From Nanobdellota archaeon (GTDB lineage: Archaea > Aenigmatarchaeota > Aenigmatarchaeia > QMZP01): a DNA stretch of 64,000 nucleotides. The position numbers and the translations under genes were made by a program. The notes beneath the pieces were generated by a model. It was given only the letters and a program-made list of their open reading frames with translations, was not told the origin of the DNA and did no database searches. This document shows positions 44,543 to 53,697 of this stretch, in pieces (within the stretch, counting starts at the first letter, position 1; each line of letters starts with the position of its first letter). The stretch lies in assembly GCA_018816245.1 (NCBI GenBank), contig JAHIVW010000006.1:1647-65646 (forward strand). The letters are read 5' to 3'.

Positions 44543-45310
44543 ATGGAGAAATCCGAAATCAAAATAGGGAAGATGGGAATGACCGAAAGTAAAGGTTCCG
44601 TGGTAATGACAAAGCATAGTAAAAATCTCGGAGAATATGAATACGATTTTAGGACGAGGAATCTACTCGATCTCCTCATATCTGACATAAATGGGAAATA
44701 TGTGATGGATGTCGGTTCTGGGGCAGGAAACCTCTTGAACATGTTACGAAAAAAGAACAAAGTTATTGGCCTCGAGCCGGACAGCCGATTGAGAAACCTT
44801 TGTTTGGAAAAGAATCCCCATCTGAATATAATTCATTGCAAAGCCGAAGACCTTAATTCCGACATGGTGAATGACATAGAAGTAGCTACCATGATTGACG
44901 TTCTGGAACACATAGAGGACGACTATAAGGCATTAAAAAATGTCAATAAGGTGATGCAGAAGGGAGGCGTTGTTATAATCAATGTGCCTTGTTACGAATT
45001 TCTCTGGGGAAAGAAAGATATCAAATACGGCCATTTCAGAAGATATACAAGAAAAAGCTTGAAAAATGTTTTGGAAAAAAATGGTTTTGAAATTGTCAAA
45101 ATGAGATACTGGAATATGATTCTTTTATTGCCTTACATTATCAGTGAGAAACTGTTAAACAAGGAATTAGATAGTGACAAAAGATACAAACCTTCGCTAC
45201 TACAGAACGTATTGAATTGGTGGTTCAAAAAAATTGAAAACAACATCAATTTCTGCTTCGGTCTGAATCTGATAGTAGTTGGAAAGAAAGTCAGTAATGG
45301 AGAGGATTGA
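44543..45310 (+). CDS. Class I SAM-dependent methyltransferase
   Basis: VMDVGSGAGNL, ATMIDVLEHIEDD, GGVVIINVP. The start is uncertain (GTG 44534, ATG 44543, 44572 or 44578). Confidence 0.75.
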   Translation: MEKSEIKIGKMGMTESKGSVVMTKHSKNLGEYEYDFRTRNLLDLLISDINGKYVMDVGSGAGNLLNMLRKKNKVIGLEPDSRLRNLCLEKNPHLNIIHCKAEDLNSDMVNDIEVATMIDVLEHIEDDYKALKNVNKVMQKGGVVIINVPCYEFLWGKKDIKYGHFRRYTRKSLKNVLEKNGFEIVKMRYWNMILLLPYIISEKLLNKELDSDKRYKPSLLQNVLNWWFKKIENNINFCFGLNLIVVGKKVSNGED

Positions 45311-45379
45311 TGATCCCTTGTTGTTATACAAGAGAGGATCTTGGCATGGATTTATAAAAGAAAGGGCCAAGCTGAGGAT

Positions 45380-46414
45380 ATGAAAAAGAGCCAGATCGCG
45401 AAGCAGCTCATCCTTGGGCGAGAAATCACACCCAAACGTATGGTCAATTTTCTTCGTAATCATATTGCCCTTAAACAGAAGAAAACCACCCTTCCAGGCT
45501 ATCCATCAATTATGATGATTGAGCCTACAAATTTGTGTAATCTTCAATGTCCTCTTTGTCCTACGGGAAGCGGGGCAATCACAGCGCCTCGAGGATTCAT
45601 GAAATTTGAAAATTTCAAGAAGATTATTGATGAATGTGGCAACTACCTTTTGAATGTCACTCTCTGGAACTGGGGGGAACCCTTTATGAATAAAGACATC
45701 TTCAACATGATTGAATACGCGAAAGCGAAAAAAATATTCGTTCGTGTGAGTACGAATGGTCATCTCCTCAGAGATACTGAGAATATCGAGCGACTGGTTC
45801 GGTCAGGACTCGATGAACTCATTTTTTCTCTTGACGGTGCAAGCGAAGAAACGTTCTTGAAATACCGGAAAACTGGTGATTTCAACAATGTTCGAAAAAA
45901 TCTCCAAACACTTGTTGAAACAAAAAAACGATTAAAGAGTCGAACACCGTTTGTTGAACTTCAATTTATCGTCATGAGTCATAACGAACATGAAATACCA
46001 AAAATACGTCAGATTGTTAAGGAAGTTGGTATTGACCATTTGAAAATAAAAACAGTTAGCCTCGAAGGTGCCAATGCTCTTGGTTTTGGTGGTGATAAAG
46101 AAAAAATCAAGGTATACATACCAAAAGACGAGAAATATTCGAGATATAAAGAGGGTATGATAAGGAAACAAATCAAAGACGGATGTGTGCGACTCTGGCA
46201 TACCTCAGTTGTCAATTGGGATGGGTCAATTTCTCCCTGTTGCAATGACCCGAACCGCAATTTCGTTTTTGGGAACGTTTTTGAGGAAGGTTTCAAAAAA
46301 GCATGGAACAGTACAAAGTATGTTAACTTCAGAAAAGCAATGCTCACTAATAAGACTGCCATTCCCATGTGCAAAAATTGTTCAGGGGACTTGATGGGAC
46401 TTGATGTAGAGTGA
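45380..46414 (+). CDS. Radical SAM enzyme with C-terminal SPASM/twitch Cys-rich domain
   Basis: CNLQCPLCPTG (CxxxCxxC). The C-terminal cysteines are ...GCVRLW...SPCCNDPN...CKNCSG. The track starts at TTG 45341. ATG 45380 has GAGG 4 nt upstream. Confidence 0.85.
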   Translation: MKKSQIAKQLILGREITPKRMVNFLRNHIALKQKKTTLPGYPSIMMIEPTNLCNLQCPLCPTGSGAITAPRGFMKFENFKKIIDECGNYLLNVTLWNWGEPFMNKDIFNMIEYAKAKKIFVRVSTNGHLLRDTENIERLVRSGLDELIFSLDGASEETFLKYRKTGDFNNVRKNLQTLVETKKRLKSRTPFVELQFIVMSHNEHEIPKIRQIVKEVGIDHLKIKTVSLEGANALGFGGDKEKIKVYIPKDEKYSRYKEGMIRKQIKDGCVRLWHTSVVNWDGSISPCCNDPNRNFVFGNVFEEGFKKAWNSTKYVNFRKAMLTNKTAIPMCKNCSGDLMGLDVE

Positions 46415-46415
46415 T

Positions 46416-47858
46416 ATGAAAGTACTTTTTGTGTTGAAAGATCTGAAGATGTGCGAACGTCTCGGTATCATGTATCTATCGGCTGTTGCGAAGCAGGCAG
46501 GTCATCAAACAGATCTAATCGCAACAGATCTTGAGGATATCCACAAGAAAATGAAAGAATATCAACCAGACATTTTAGCCTACAGTCTCCATACAGGAGA
46601 GCATCCTCAAATTATTACTTTCAACAACAATCTGAAAAAAAGGTACAATTTTCTCTCGATTTTCGGTGGACCTCATCCAACATTTTTCCCGGAAATGATT
46701 GATAGTAACGGAGTAGATGTTATTGTTATCGGAGAAGGGGAGGAAGCATTTGTCGACCTTCTGAATGCTCTTCAAAAAAAGGAATCGATAAATAATATTA
46801 AAAATCTGTGGATAAAACAGGCTGACGGTTCTGTCATAAAAAACCCCCCAAGACCACTTCTTCAAAATCTCGATGAACTCCCTCTTCCAGACAGGGAACT
46901 TATCTACAACTATGATAAAAGTCTCTTTGACGAAGGAGAGAAGCGTATTATTTCAGGACGAGGTTGCCCATTCATGTGCACGTATTGTTTCAACAAGCAG
47001 ATGGTCGATATCTACGGTAAGGATTGGAGTAAGGTCAGAAAGCGCAGCGTTGACAACATCATCGAAGAGGTTTTGATGATAAAGGAGAAGTACCCGCTGG
47101 AATTCATCAAATTCAATGATGATACATTCATCATGGCTGATATTAAATGGCTTCAAGAGCTTGCTGAAAAATGGCCTAAAAAGATTGGTATTCCATGGTT
47201 TTGTAATGTAAGAGCAAACCTTGTTACACCTGAAGTAGCCAGACTACTTAAGAAAGGTGGGTGTGTTTCAACATTCCTCGCAATTGAGTCAGGGAACGAT
47301 GAGGTACGGAATGGCATCCTGAAGCGTTATATGAGCAAAGATCAGATTAGAAACGCCTGCAAATATTTGAGAGAAGAAGGGATCAAGTACGGATTTTACA
47401 ATATCCTTGGGCTTCCCGTTGAAAACAAATTCGAAGTTGATATGGAAACACTATTGTTCAATATCGAACTTAAACCAACTATGGCTTGGTCATCACTCTT
47501 GACACCCTATCCAAGAACATGGCTCGGTGAATATGCCAAACAACACGGATATTTTGATGGTGATTATGATATGATCAGGGCAAACAACAAAATCGAGAGT
47601 GCTATCACGTTCAAAAATAAAAAAGAAAAAAGATTGGTAGAAAATCTTCACAAATTTTTTGGTATTACCGTATCCTATCCTTGGCTGCTGCCCCTCACAA
47701 AGCAACTCATTAAACTCCCACAGAATAAACTCTTTATGTACATTCTTATGGGTTGGTATGGGTATACTCTCAAAATGCGCATGAGTCCGATCAAGGTTAC
47801 TCCAAAACGTTTCCTGAGATGGATTTTGGCTGTTCGGAAACACGTGAACGACTACTAG
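46416..47858 (+). CDS. B12-binding-domain radical SAM enzyme (class B type)
   Basis: 480 aa. An N-terminal Rossmann-like B12-binding region is followed by RGCPFMCTYCFN (CxxxCxxC). Confidence 0.85.
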   Translation: MKVLFVLKDLKMCERLGIMYLSAVAKQAGHQTDLIATDLEDIHKKMKEYQPDILAYSLHTGEHPQIITFNNNLKKRYNFLSIFGGPHPTFFPEMIDSNGVDVIVIGEGEEAFVDLLNALQKKESINNIKNLWIKQADGSVIKNPPRPLLQNLDELPLPDRELIYNYDKSLFDEGEKRIISGRGCPFMCTYCFNKQMVDIYGKDWSKVRKRSVDNIIEEVLMIKEKYPLEFIKFNDDTFIMADIKWLQELAEKWPKKIGIPWFCNVRANLVTPEVARLLKKGGCVSTFLAIESGNDEVRNGILKRYMSKDQIRNACKYLREEGIKYGFYNILGLPVENKFEVDMETLLFNIELKPTMAWSSLLTPYPRTWLGEYAKQHGYFDGDYDMIRANNKIESAITFKNKKEKRLVENLHKFFGITVSYPWLLPLTKQLIKLPQNKLFMYILMGWYGYTLKMRMSPIKVTPKRFLRWILAVRKHVNDY

Positions 47859-48865
47859 ATTGTTTTCTCTTTGTAAACATTGTGCGAAAGTTTGGGGATC
47901 TCGAAATACGTCATATAGTCGAATTCTTGTGGGCCTTGTTCCTTTGCCCAGGCGAGAGTTAACTTCAATCCTTCCGGAATAGAGACTCGTGGTCGGTATC
48001 CCAACAACTTCTTCGCTTTTGTGATATCCGAATAACAGAGGACCACATCGGTGGGTCGTGCAGGAACATGTTCTGGTTCGCCCGGCATATCCATGATGTT
48101 CATAATTTCTTTTGCAAGCTTATTCACAGTCCAAACATCGGTATTCCCAATGTTGATGGGATTATTGATGAGTTCGCGCTTGCCCACCATGTCGCACATC
48201 GGCTCGACAATATCGGAGATGTACGTGAATGCTCTTCCTTGTTCACCGTCTCCAAAGATGACAGGCTTCTCCCCCTTGAGGCACCGATTGATGAAGATAG
48301 GGATAACACCCCGATACGGGTCATTCATCCGTTGTCGCGGCCCGAAGACATTGAAGAACCGGACGATATACGGATCAATGCGATCAAGCTCATGATACAC
48401 CCGCAAGTAATCCTCGATCGTCTTCTTTGTGACACCGTAGGGATCCTCCGGATTGAGTGGATGGTCTTCTGTGATAGGCAGGGTGTTGGGCTTCCCATAT
48501 GCTGCAATGCTTGAGGTGAACACAAAATCTCGGATACCCCGGTTGATCGCCTCTGTCAGGATCGTGACCGATCCCATGATATTGATTTTTGCATTGAAAA
48601 TTGGAATGTAAACAGACTGGCCCTCTGCAGCATGCGCTGCAATGTGATAGATTGCATCAACATCCTTGACTGCATGCTGGCAGTCTTCCCGTTTTGTGAC
48701 GTCACCATCAATAATCTCTGCCTGCTTGTTCACTCCGTCGAGCTTGTTCTTCTTCCCGAAAAAGTTGTCGAGGATAACGACCTCATTCCCCCGCTTGATG
48801 AGCTCGTCAACGACATGACTTCCAATGAAGCCCGCACCGCCGGTTACTAAGATTTTTCGTTTCAT
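47855..48865 (-). CDS. NAD-dependent nucleotide-sugar epimerase (GalE/WbpP-like extended SDR)
   Basis: ILVTGGAGFIGSHV, SSIAAYG, YGVTK. Confidence 0.85.
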   Translation of the reverse strand: MKRKILVTGGAGFIGSHVVDELIKRGNEVVILDNFFGKKNKLDGVNKQAEIIDGDVTKREDCQHAVKDVDAIYHIAAHAAEGQSVYIPIFNAKINIMGSVTILTEAINRGIRDFVFTSSIAAYGKPNTLPITEDHPLNPEDPYGVTKKTIEDYLRVYHELDRIDPYIVRFFNVFGPRQRMNDPYRGVIPIFINRCLKGEKPVIFGDGEQGRAFTYISDIVEPMCDMVGKRELINNPINIGNTDVWTVNKLAKEIMNIMDMPGEPEHVPARPTDVVLCYSDITKAKKLLGYRPRVSIPEGLKLTLAWAKEQGPQEFDYMTYFEIPKLSHNVYKEKTI

Positions 48866-49809
48866 GAACCCTCCTTCAGTGAACGGAAATAAGAGACTGT
48901 CTTTTCAAGTCCTTCTTCCAGTGAAACACGCGGTTCCCAATTGAGAAGTTGTTTCGCTTTTGTAATATCCGGACATCGACGTGTTGGATCGTCCTCAGGG
49001 AGATCTTTTGTTTCAAATATTGCTGTACTCGTGGCAATCTTCTTTACGATTTGTGCGAGTTCTTTTATTGTAATCTCAGAAGTGTTTCCTAAATTAACAA
49101 CTTCTCCGGAGATATTGTCTTTAAACATGAGTGTTTCCAATCCGACAACGAGATCGCCAACATAGCACAGGCTGCGTGTCTGTGAACCATCTCCGTAGAT
49201 TGTAAGCGGTTTGTTTGCGAGTGCCTGGGTGATGAAGTTCGGGATGACCCGGCCGTCACCTGCTGTCATGTTGGGACCGTAGGTATTGAAAATTCTGGCA
49301 ATGCGAACATCCAAACCAGTTTCCCTGTGCATTGTCATAACAAGAGACTCTCCAAACCGCTTTCCTTCGTCATAACACGAGCGAATACCGATCGGGTTGA
49401 CATTGCCCCAGTAGCTCTCTTTTTGTGGATGCTCTTCTGGATCACCATAGACCTCACTAGTACTTGCAAACAGGAAGCGAGCGTTCTTCTCAAGAGCGAA
49501 CGTGAGCAGCAATCGCGTTCCAAACGCATTCGTCTCGAGTGTTTCCAATGCGTGTTTCTGATAGTCAACGGGACTTGCACGACTTGCAAGATGGAAAACG
49601 TACTGAACAGGTTCATTAATCATAAGTGGTTCCCGAATATCATGCTTCTTGATTTTGAAGCGGGAATTGTCGACGAGATTATGAACATTCTTCTCTGTCC
49701 CTGTCGCAAAACTATCAACACAGATGACGCGATACCCTTTTTCCAGAAGCGACCGGCAGAGATGACTTCCAATGAAGCCCGCGCCACCAGCAACGATACA
49801 TGTGTTCAT
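48862..49809 (-). CDS. uxs: UDP-glucuronate decarboxylase (UDP-xylose synthase)
   Basis: STSEVYGDPEEHPQKESYWGNVNPIGIRSCYDEGKRFGESL is the UXS signature block. Confidence 0.88.
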   Translation of the reverse strand: MNTCIVAGGAGFIGSHLCRSLLEKGYRVICVDSFATGTEKNVHNLVDNSRFKIKKHDIREPLMINEPVQYVFHLASRASPVDYQKHALETLETNAFGTRLLLTFALEKNARFLFASTSEVYGDPEEHPQKESYWGNVNPIGIRSCYDEGKRFGESLVMTMHRETGLDVRIARIFNTYGPNMTAGDGRVIPNFITQALANKPLTIYGDGSQTRSLCYVGDLVVGLETLMFKDNISGEVVNLGNTSEITIKELAQIVKKIATSTAIFETKDLPEDDPTRRCPDITKAKQLLNWEPRVSLEEGLEKTVSYFRSLKEGS

Positions 49810-50675
49810 GATTTCACCTGGGTCTGTAAGAAGGATCGGAAGTCGTTTCCGAGATCCGCGCGTTGCAGGGCAAGCTCTACTGTCGCCTTGAGATAATCGA
49901 GTTTGTTTCCAATGTCATATCGTTTTCCCTTCACATTTGCAGCATATATCTTTTCTTTCTGGAGGAGGAGTTTGAGCGCATCGGTGATCTGGATTTCCCC
50001 CCCTTTGCCAGGCGATGTTTTTTCAATCATTTCGAAAATGGCGGGCGTGAGCAGGTAGCGACCGGTGACCCCGAATGAAGATGGTGCTTCCTCGGGTTGC
50101 GGTTTTTCCACGAGCGTGTCAAGCTCCAGAACACCTGGTTCAACCTCCTTTCCACCAACAATACCATAACGGCTAATCTTTTCTCGAGGAACCTGTTCAA
50201 CGGCAATAATTGATGACTGGTATTTGTTATAAAAATTAATTAGTTGTTTCGTCACAGGAACGTCTGCCTGCATGATCGTATCTCCAAGGAGGACGACAAA
50301 TGGCTCGCCGTTTGTGAATGATTTAGCACAATGGATTGCGTCGCCAAGTCCCCGTTGTTCCTGTTGCCGAATGTAGTGGATGTCAGCGAGTTCGGCGATC
50401 TCGCGCATCTTGACAAAGGCATCGTTTTTTCCCTTTTCCTTGAGCATTTCCTCAAGCTCTGTTGACCGGTCGAAGTGATCTTCAATCGCCCGTTTTCCGC
50501 GGCCAGTGATGATGAGAATCTCCTTGATACCGCTCTTGACGATCTCTTCAACAACATACTGGATGACGGGGGTGTCAATGACAGGAAGCATTTCTTTTGG
50601 CTGCGCCTTTGTTGCGGGCAGGAATCGTGTCCCGAATCCTGCTGCTGGAATGACAGCTTTCCTTACGGTATTCAT
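49806..50675 (-). CDS. galU: UTP-glucose-1-phosphate uridylyltransferase
   Basis: KAVIPAAGFGTRFLPATKAQPKEMLPV, VLLGDTI. Confidence 0.9.
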   Translation of the reverse strand: MNTVRKAVIPAAGFGTRFLPATKAQPKEMLPVIDTPVIQYVVEEIVKSGIKEILIITGRGKRAIEDHFDRSTELEEMLKEKGKNDAFVKMREIAELADIHYIRQQEQRGLGDAIHCAKSFTNGEPFVVLLGDTIMQADVPVTKQLINFYNKYQSSIIAVEQVPREKISRYGIVGGKEVEPGVLELDTLVEKPQPEEAPSSFGVTGRYLLTPAIFEMIEKTSPGKGGEIQITDALKLLLQKEKIYAANVKGKRYDIGNKLDYLKATVELALQRADLGNDFRSFLQTQVKS

Positions 50676-50692
50676 AATTCACCTCGCATGAC

Positions 50693-51472
50693 TTATTCTC
50701 GAACCTTGAGATAATGATCTAATCGGCCCACATCTTGAATTATTTCAGGGTCAACGTAAAATGTGTATACACGTTCTCCTTGTTCAACTTGATAAGCAAT
50801 GAAATGACCTGGGGGGTCGAGTGGATATCCGCTTCTGTTATGTACTTGCAACGTTGTCCCATCTTCTGGTCTGAAAACATAGTTTGCAAAGGCAATATCT
50901 GTTGTGGTGGGATTTTCCGGCTTCTCATGGAATTCAAGAATTCTTCCTTCTTCATTAATGGTAATCACACCATGACTCTTTGCCTCTTCAAGCGTCTGAA
51001 CATGTGTTCTCATGACGTAGAGGCAATCCCGTTCCGCTGCTGCCTCAAGGAATGGAGCAGATCGATACCCTTTCCGTGGCACCCGATCACTTGGAGAAAC
51101 GAGCGCCTGGCTCCAATCTCCGTACAAGGAACGTTCAAGATCGGCGAGAGCACCGAGTCTCGTTTCATTCGTTGTTGCCTCATTGGGAAGGACTTCTATG
51201 TCCAGTCCAAACAACCACCTGTACCTGGCGGCAGCTCGTTCGGTCATTTCATAGAATTCTCTACTTACGGGAACACGAACCTGTTTCTCTCCTCTCACTA
51301 ATTGCAGGGCTTCGAGCTGGCGAGAAAAAGGGGTTTCATTTGTGGGATTCAGAGGGAAAAGCAGCTTCGGTGTTGTTTCTGCAAGATCTTCATATGATGT
51401 TCCTCGTGCATCTTTCCTGAACCGGGTCTGAAGCCCACCAGAAAGGATCACTACAAGCGTCCGTTCGGTCAT
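50693..51472 (-). CDS. Divergent nucleotidyltransferase-fold protein (sugar-phosphate NTase-like)
   Basis: 259 aa. VVILSGGLQTRF resembles the G-x-G-T-R motif. The rest is weakly NTP_transferase-like. Confidence 0.55.
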   Translation of the reverse strand: MTERTLVVILSGGLQTRFRKDARGTSYEDLAETTPKLLFPLNPTNETPFSRQLEALQLVRGEKQVRVPVSREFYEMTERAAARYRWLFGLDIEVLPNEATTNETRLGALADLERSLYGDWSQALVSPSDRVPRKGYRSAPFLEAAAERDCLYVMRTHVQTLEEAKSHGVITINEEGRILEFHEKPENPTTTDIAFANYVFRPEDGTTLQVHNRSGYPLDPPGHFIAYQVEQGERVYTFYVDPEIIQDVGRLDHYLKVRE

Positions 51473-51495
51473 GCTTCCAGTATACTAGGCTATCC

Positions 51496-51504
51496 TTTTA
51501 TATA
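51496..51504. promoter_or_regulatory. Shared TATA element TTTTATATA in a divergent intergenic region
   Basis: 24 nt from the minus-strand ATG 51472 and 37 nt from the plus-strand ATG 51541, which additionally has GGAG at 51533-51536. Confidence 0.45.
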
Positions 51505-51514
51505 GAGGAAAAAG

Positions 51515-51531
51515 GTATTACTTCGTAATAT
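51515..51531 (+). repeat. Imperfect inverted repeat GTATTAC-TTC-GTAATAT between the TATA box and the start of the second RHH-NTase gene
   Basis: The half-sites match 6 of 7 as reverse complements. GTATTACTT also matches 7 of 9 positions of the GTCATACTT repeat at 27241. Confidence 0.4.
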
Positions 51532-51540
51532 TGGAGTATT

Positions 51541-52380
51541 ATGAAAGAACGAATCTCTCTCACTATCGAGAAGGAACTCCTCCGCGAGATTGACCGGATC
51601 ACGAAAAGTATCTATCGCTCCCGCTCGGACGCATTTGAGTCGATTGTTCGGTCTTACCTTCGTGGGCAGCGTCATGCTGTCATCCTCGCTGGTGGTGAAG
51701 CGAAGAATCTCTACATCCGAGAATTGCGCACCTATCGGCCTCTTGTCAGTATTGGCGATCGCCTGCTTATTGAAGACAGTATTGCAAAGTGCCGGCTCGC
51801 CGGTTTTGTGAACATTTCGATTATCGGATCGCCCCTGCTCCTCGCCAAGCTCTACGAAGTACTCGGCGACGGAGAACAGCTCGGGGTTACCTTGAACTAC
51901 ATTCAGGAGAAGAAGCTGCAAGGAAGCGCGAAAACCCTCGCCTTGGCGCGATCGGTTATCACGAGCGACTTTCTCTTCCTCCCTTGTGATTTCTACTTTG
52001 ATCTTGATCTCGCCTCACTGTACGCGTTCCATCGGCAACAGAATACGATCGCAACAATCGGCGTCTTTGCCGGGACAACACATAGCTGGCGGCGGGGGAT
52101 CGTCACCCTTGATGGCCCGCTCATTATGAATTACGAGGAACGGCCAAAAGTTCCCCAAACAACCTTGATCGGCCTCTTCCTTGGATTTATGAAACCGGAC
52201 ATCTTTACACAAATTCCACCCGGAACCCTCAACTGGTCATTACAAGACGACGTCTTCCCGAGGCTTGCCCACAAAAAACAATTGGCAGGATGTTCTGTTT
52301 CTGGAAGCTGGGTGAACGTGCACACAAAAGCAGATGTTGAGGCAGTGAAGCGGCTTACCAACACAGCCCATCAGCATTGA
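51541..52380 (+). CDS. Ribbon-helix-helix domain fused to a nucleotidyltransferase (second copy)
   Basis: KERISLTIEKELLREIDRITKSIYRSRSDAFESIVRSYL (RHH pattern) is followed by AVILAGGEAKNL and an NTP_transferase-like body. Confidence 0.78.
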   Translation: MKERISLTIEKELLREIDRITKSIYRSRSDAFESIVRSYLRGQRHAVILAGGEAKNLYIRELRTYRPLVSIGDRLLIEDSIAKCRLAGFVNISIIGSPLLLAKLYEVLGDGEQLGVTLNYIQEKKLQGSAKTLALARSVITSDFLFLPCDFYFDLDLASLYAFHRQQNTIATIGVFAGTTHSWRRGIVTLDGPLIMNYEERPKVPQTTLIGLFLGFMKPDIFTQIPPGTLNWSLQDDVFPRLAHKKQLAGCSVSGSWVNVHTKADVEAVKRLTNTAHQH

Positions 52381-53620
52381 TTTCCGGTTTCAAGATACGC
52401 CGCCCTTCGATAATTTGAGTGCCGTGCATTTGTGTAAAGTCCTCAATAGTCAATTCCTTGAATTCATTCCAATCAGTTAGCACAACGCATGCATCAGCAG
52501 TCTGAAGCGCTTCCTTTGCTGTTTGGGCATACAGAATGTTGGGAAACACTTGCTTCATTGTAATCATCGCCTGCGGATCATAGGCAACAACAGAAGCACC
52601 CTGATTTACAAGATCTCCAATAATATCGATTGCTGGGCTCTCGCGAACATCGTCTGTATTGGGTTTAAAAGCAAGTCCAAGGACCGCAACCCGCTTCCCT
52701 TTCATTGGGCCAAGACGATCGAGGAGAAGGCGTCGTTGCCGTTTATTCAAAGCCATGACTTCGTTAAGCAGTTTTGGTTCGTAACCGTTTTGTTTGGCCA
52801 ATGATGCTAGTGCGGCGACATCCTTTGGAAAACAGGAGCCTCCATACCCAACTCCAGATTGAAGGAAGTGGGGTGCAATTCGTTTGTCGAGGGCAATGCC
52901 TTTTGCAACCTCGTCAATATCAATGCCAAGCCGCTTGCAAAGATTGCCAATCTCGTTAATGAAGGAAATCTTGGTTGCGAGGAACGCATTGTTCGCATAC
53001 TTGATCATCTCAGCAGCTGCAAGAGAGGTTCGCATGAGTGTCCCCGGAAAGTCTTTGTAGAGGGTTGCCACAAGGTCACCAGATCGCTTGTCGTATTCAC
53101 CAATCACGATCCTGTCAGGATTGAGAAAATCCTTGAGGGCAACACCCTCGCGCAGAAATTCCGGATTCATCACAAGACCAAAATCAGTTCCCGCATGCTT
53201 CCCTGATGTTGATTCCACAATTGGTTTAACAACGGTTTCTGTTGTGCCAGGAACAACAGTCGATTTCACAACAATCACAGGAGATGTGTTCCAGGTCTTG
53301 ATTGTGCTACCGATAGTCTCGCTCACTTTTTTGATTTGTGTTACGTTAATACCCCCATCTGGCAAAGATGGTGTTCCGACAGCAAGAAGAATAATATCAG
53401 CTTCGGGAATGATTGTTGCTGTTGTGAGGTTTCCTTGATCAAGCACCTTTCGAAGGATTTCAGCTGCACCAGGTTCGTAGACCGGGCATCGTCCCTCGCG
53501 AACACCGGCAAGTTTTTTGGCGTTCAGATCGATGAGGACAACGTCATGCCGCTTGCTTGCAAACCCAAGTCCTGTACAGAAACCAACATAGCCGGTTCCT
53601 CCAACAATCGCAATGCGCAT
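52355..53620 (-). CDS. UDP-glucose/GDP-mannose-family nucleotide-sugar 6-dehydrogenase
   Basis: MRIAIVGGTGYVG, GGSCFPKDV (catalytic Cys). ATG 53620 lies 23 nt from the minus-strand TATA (53641-53650). The ORF extends to 53641. Confidence 0.9.
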   Translation of the reverse strand: MRIAIVGGTGYVGFCTGLGFASKRHDVVLIDLNAKKLAGVREGRCPVYEPGAAEILRKVLDQGNLTTATIIPEADIILLAVGTPSLPDGGINVTQIKKVSETIGSTIKTWNTSPVIVVKSTVVPGTTETVVKPIVESTSGKHAGTDFGLVMNPEFLREGVALKDFLNPDRIVIGEYDKRSGDLVATLYKDFPGTLMRTSLAAAEMIKYANNAFLATKISFINEIGNLCKRLGIDIDEVAKGIALDKRIAPHFLQSGVGYGGSCFPKDVAALASLAKQNGYEPKLLNEVMALNKRQRRLLLDRLGPMKGKRVAVLGLAFKPNTDDVRESPAIDIIGDLVNQGASVVAYDPQAMITMKQVFPNILYAQTAKEALQTADACVVLTDWNEFKELTIEDFTQMHGTQIIEGRRILKPEINADGLCW

Positions 53621-53640
53621 ACCTTTCACAATACGGCACA

Positions 53641-53650
53641 CAATTTATAG
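53641..53650 (-). promoter_or_regulatory. TATA-like box (CTATAAATTG on minus strand) for the dehydrogenase gene
   Basis: About 23 nt upstream of ATG 53620. Confidence 0.4.
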
Positions 53651-53668
53651 GAATACCCGAATCTGCCA

Positions 53669-53676
53669 TTATAAAA
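53669..53676 (+). promoter_or_regulatory. TATA box (TTATAAAA) for the pilin-N operon
   Basis: Ends 22 nt upstream of ATG 53698. Confidence 0.4.
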
Positions 53677-53697
53677 CAGGCCGCCCAATAGGAGCAT

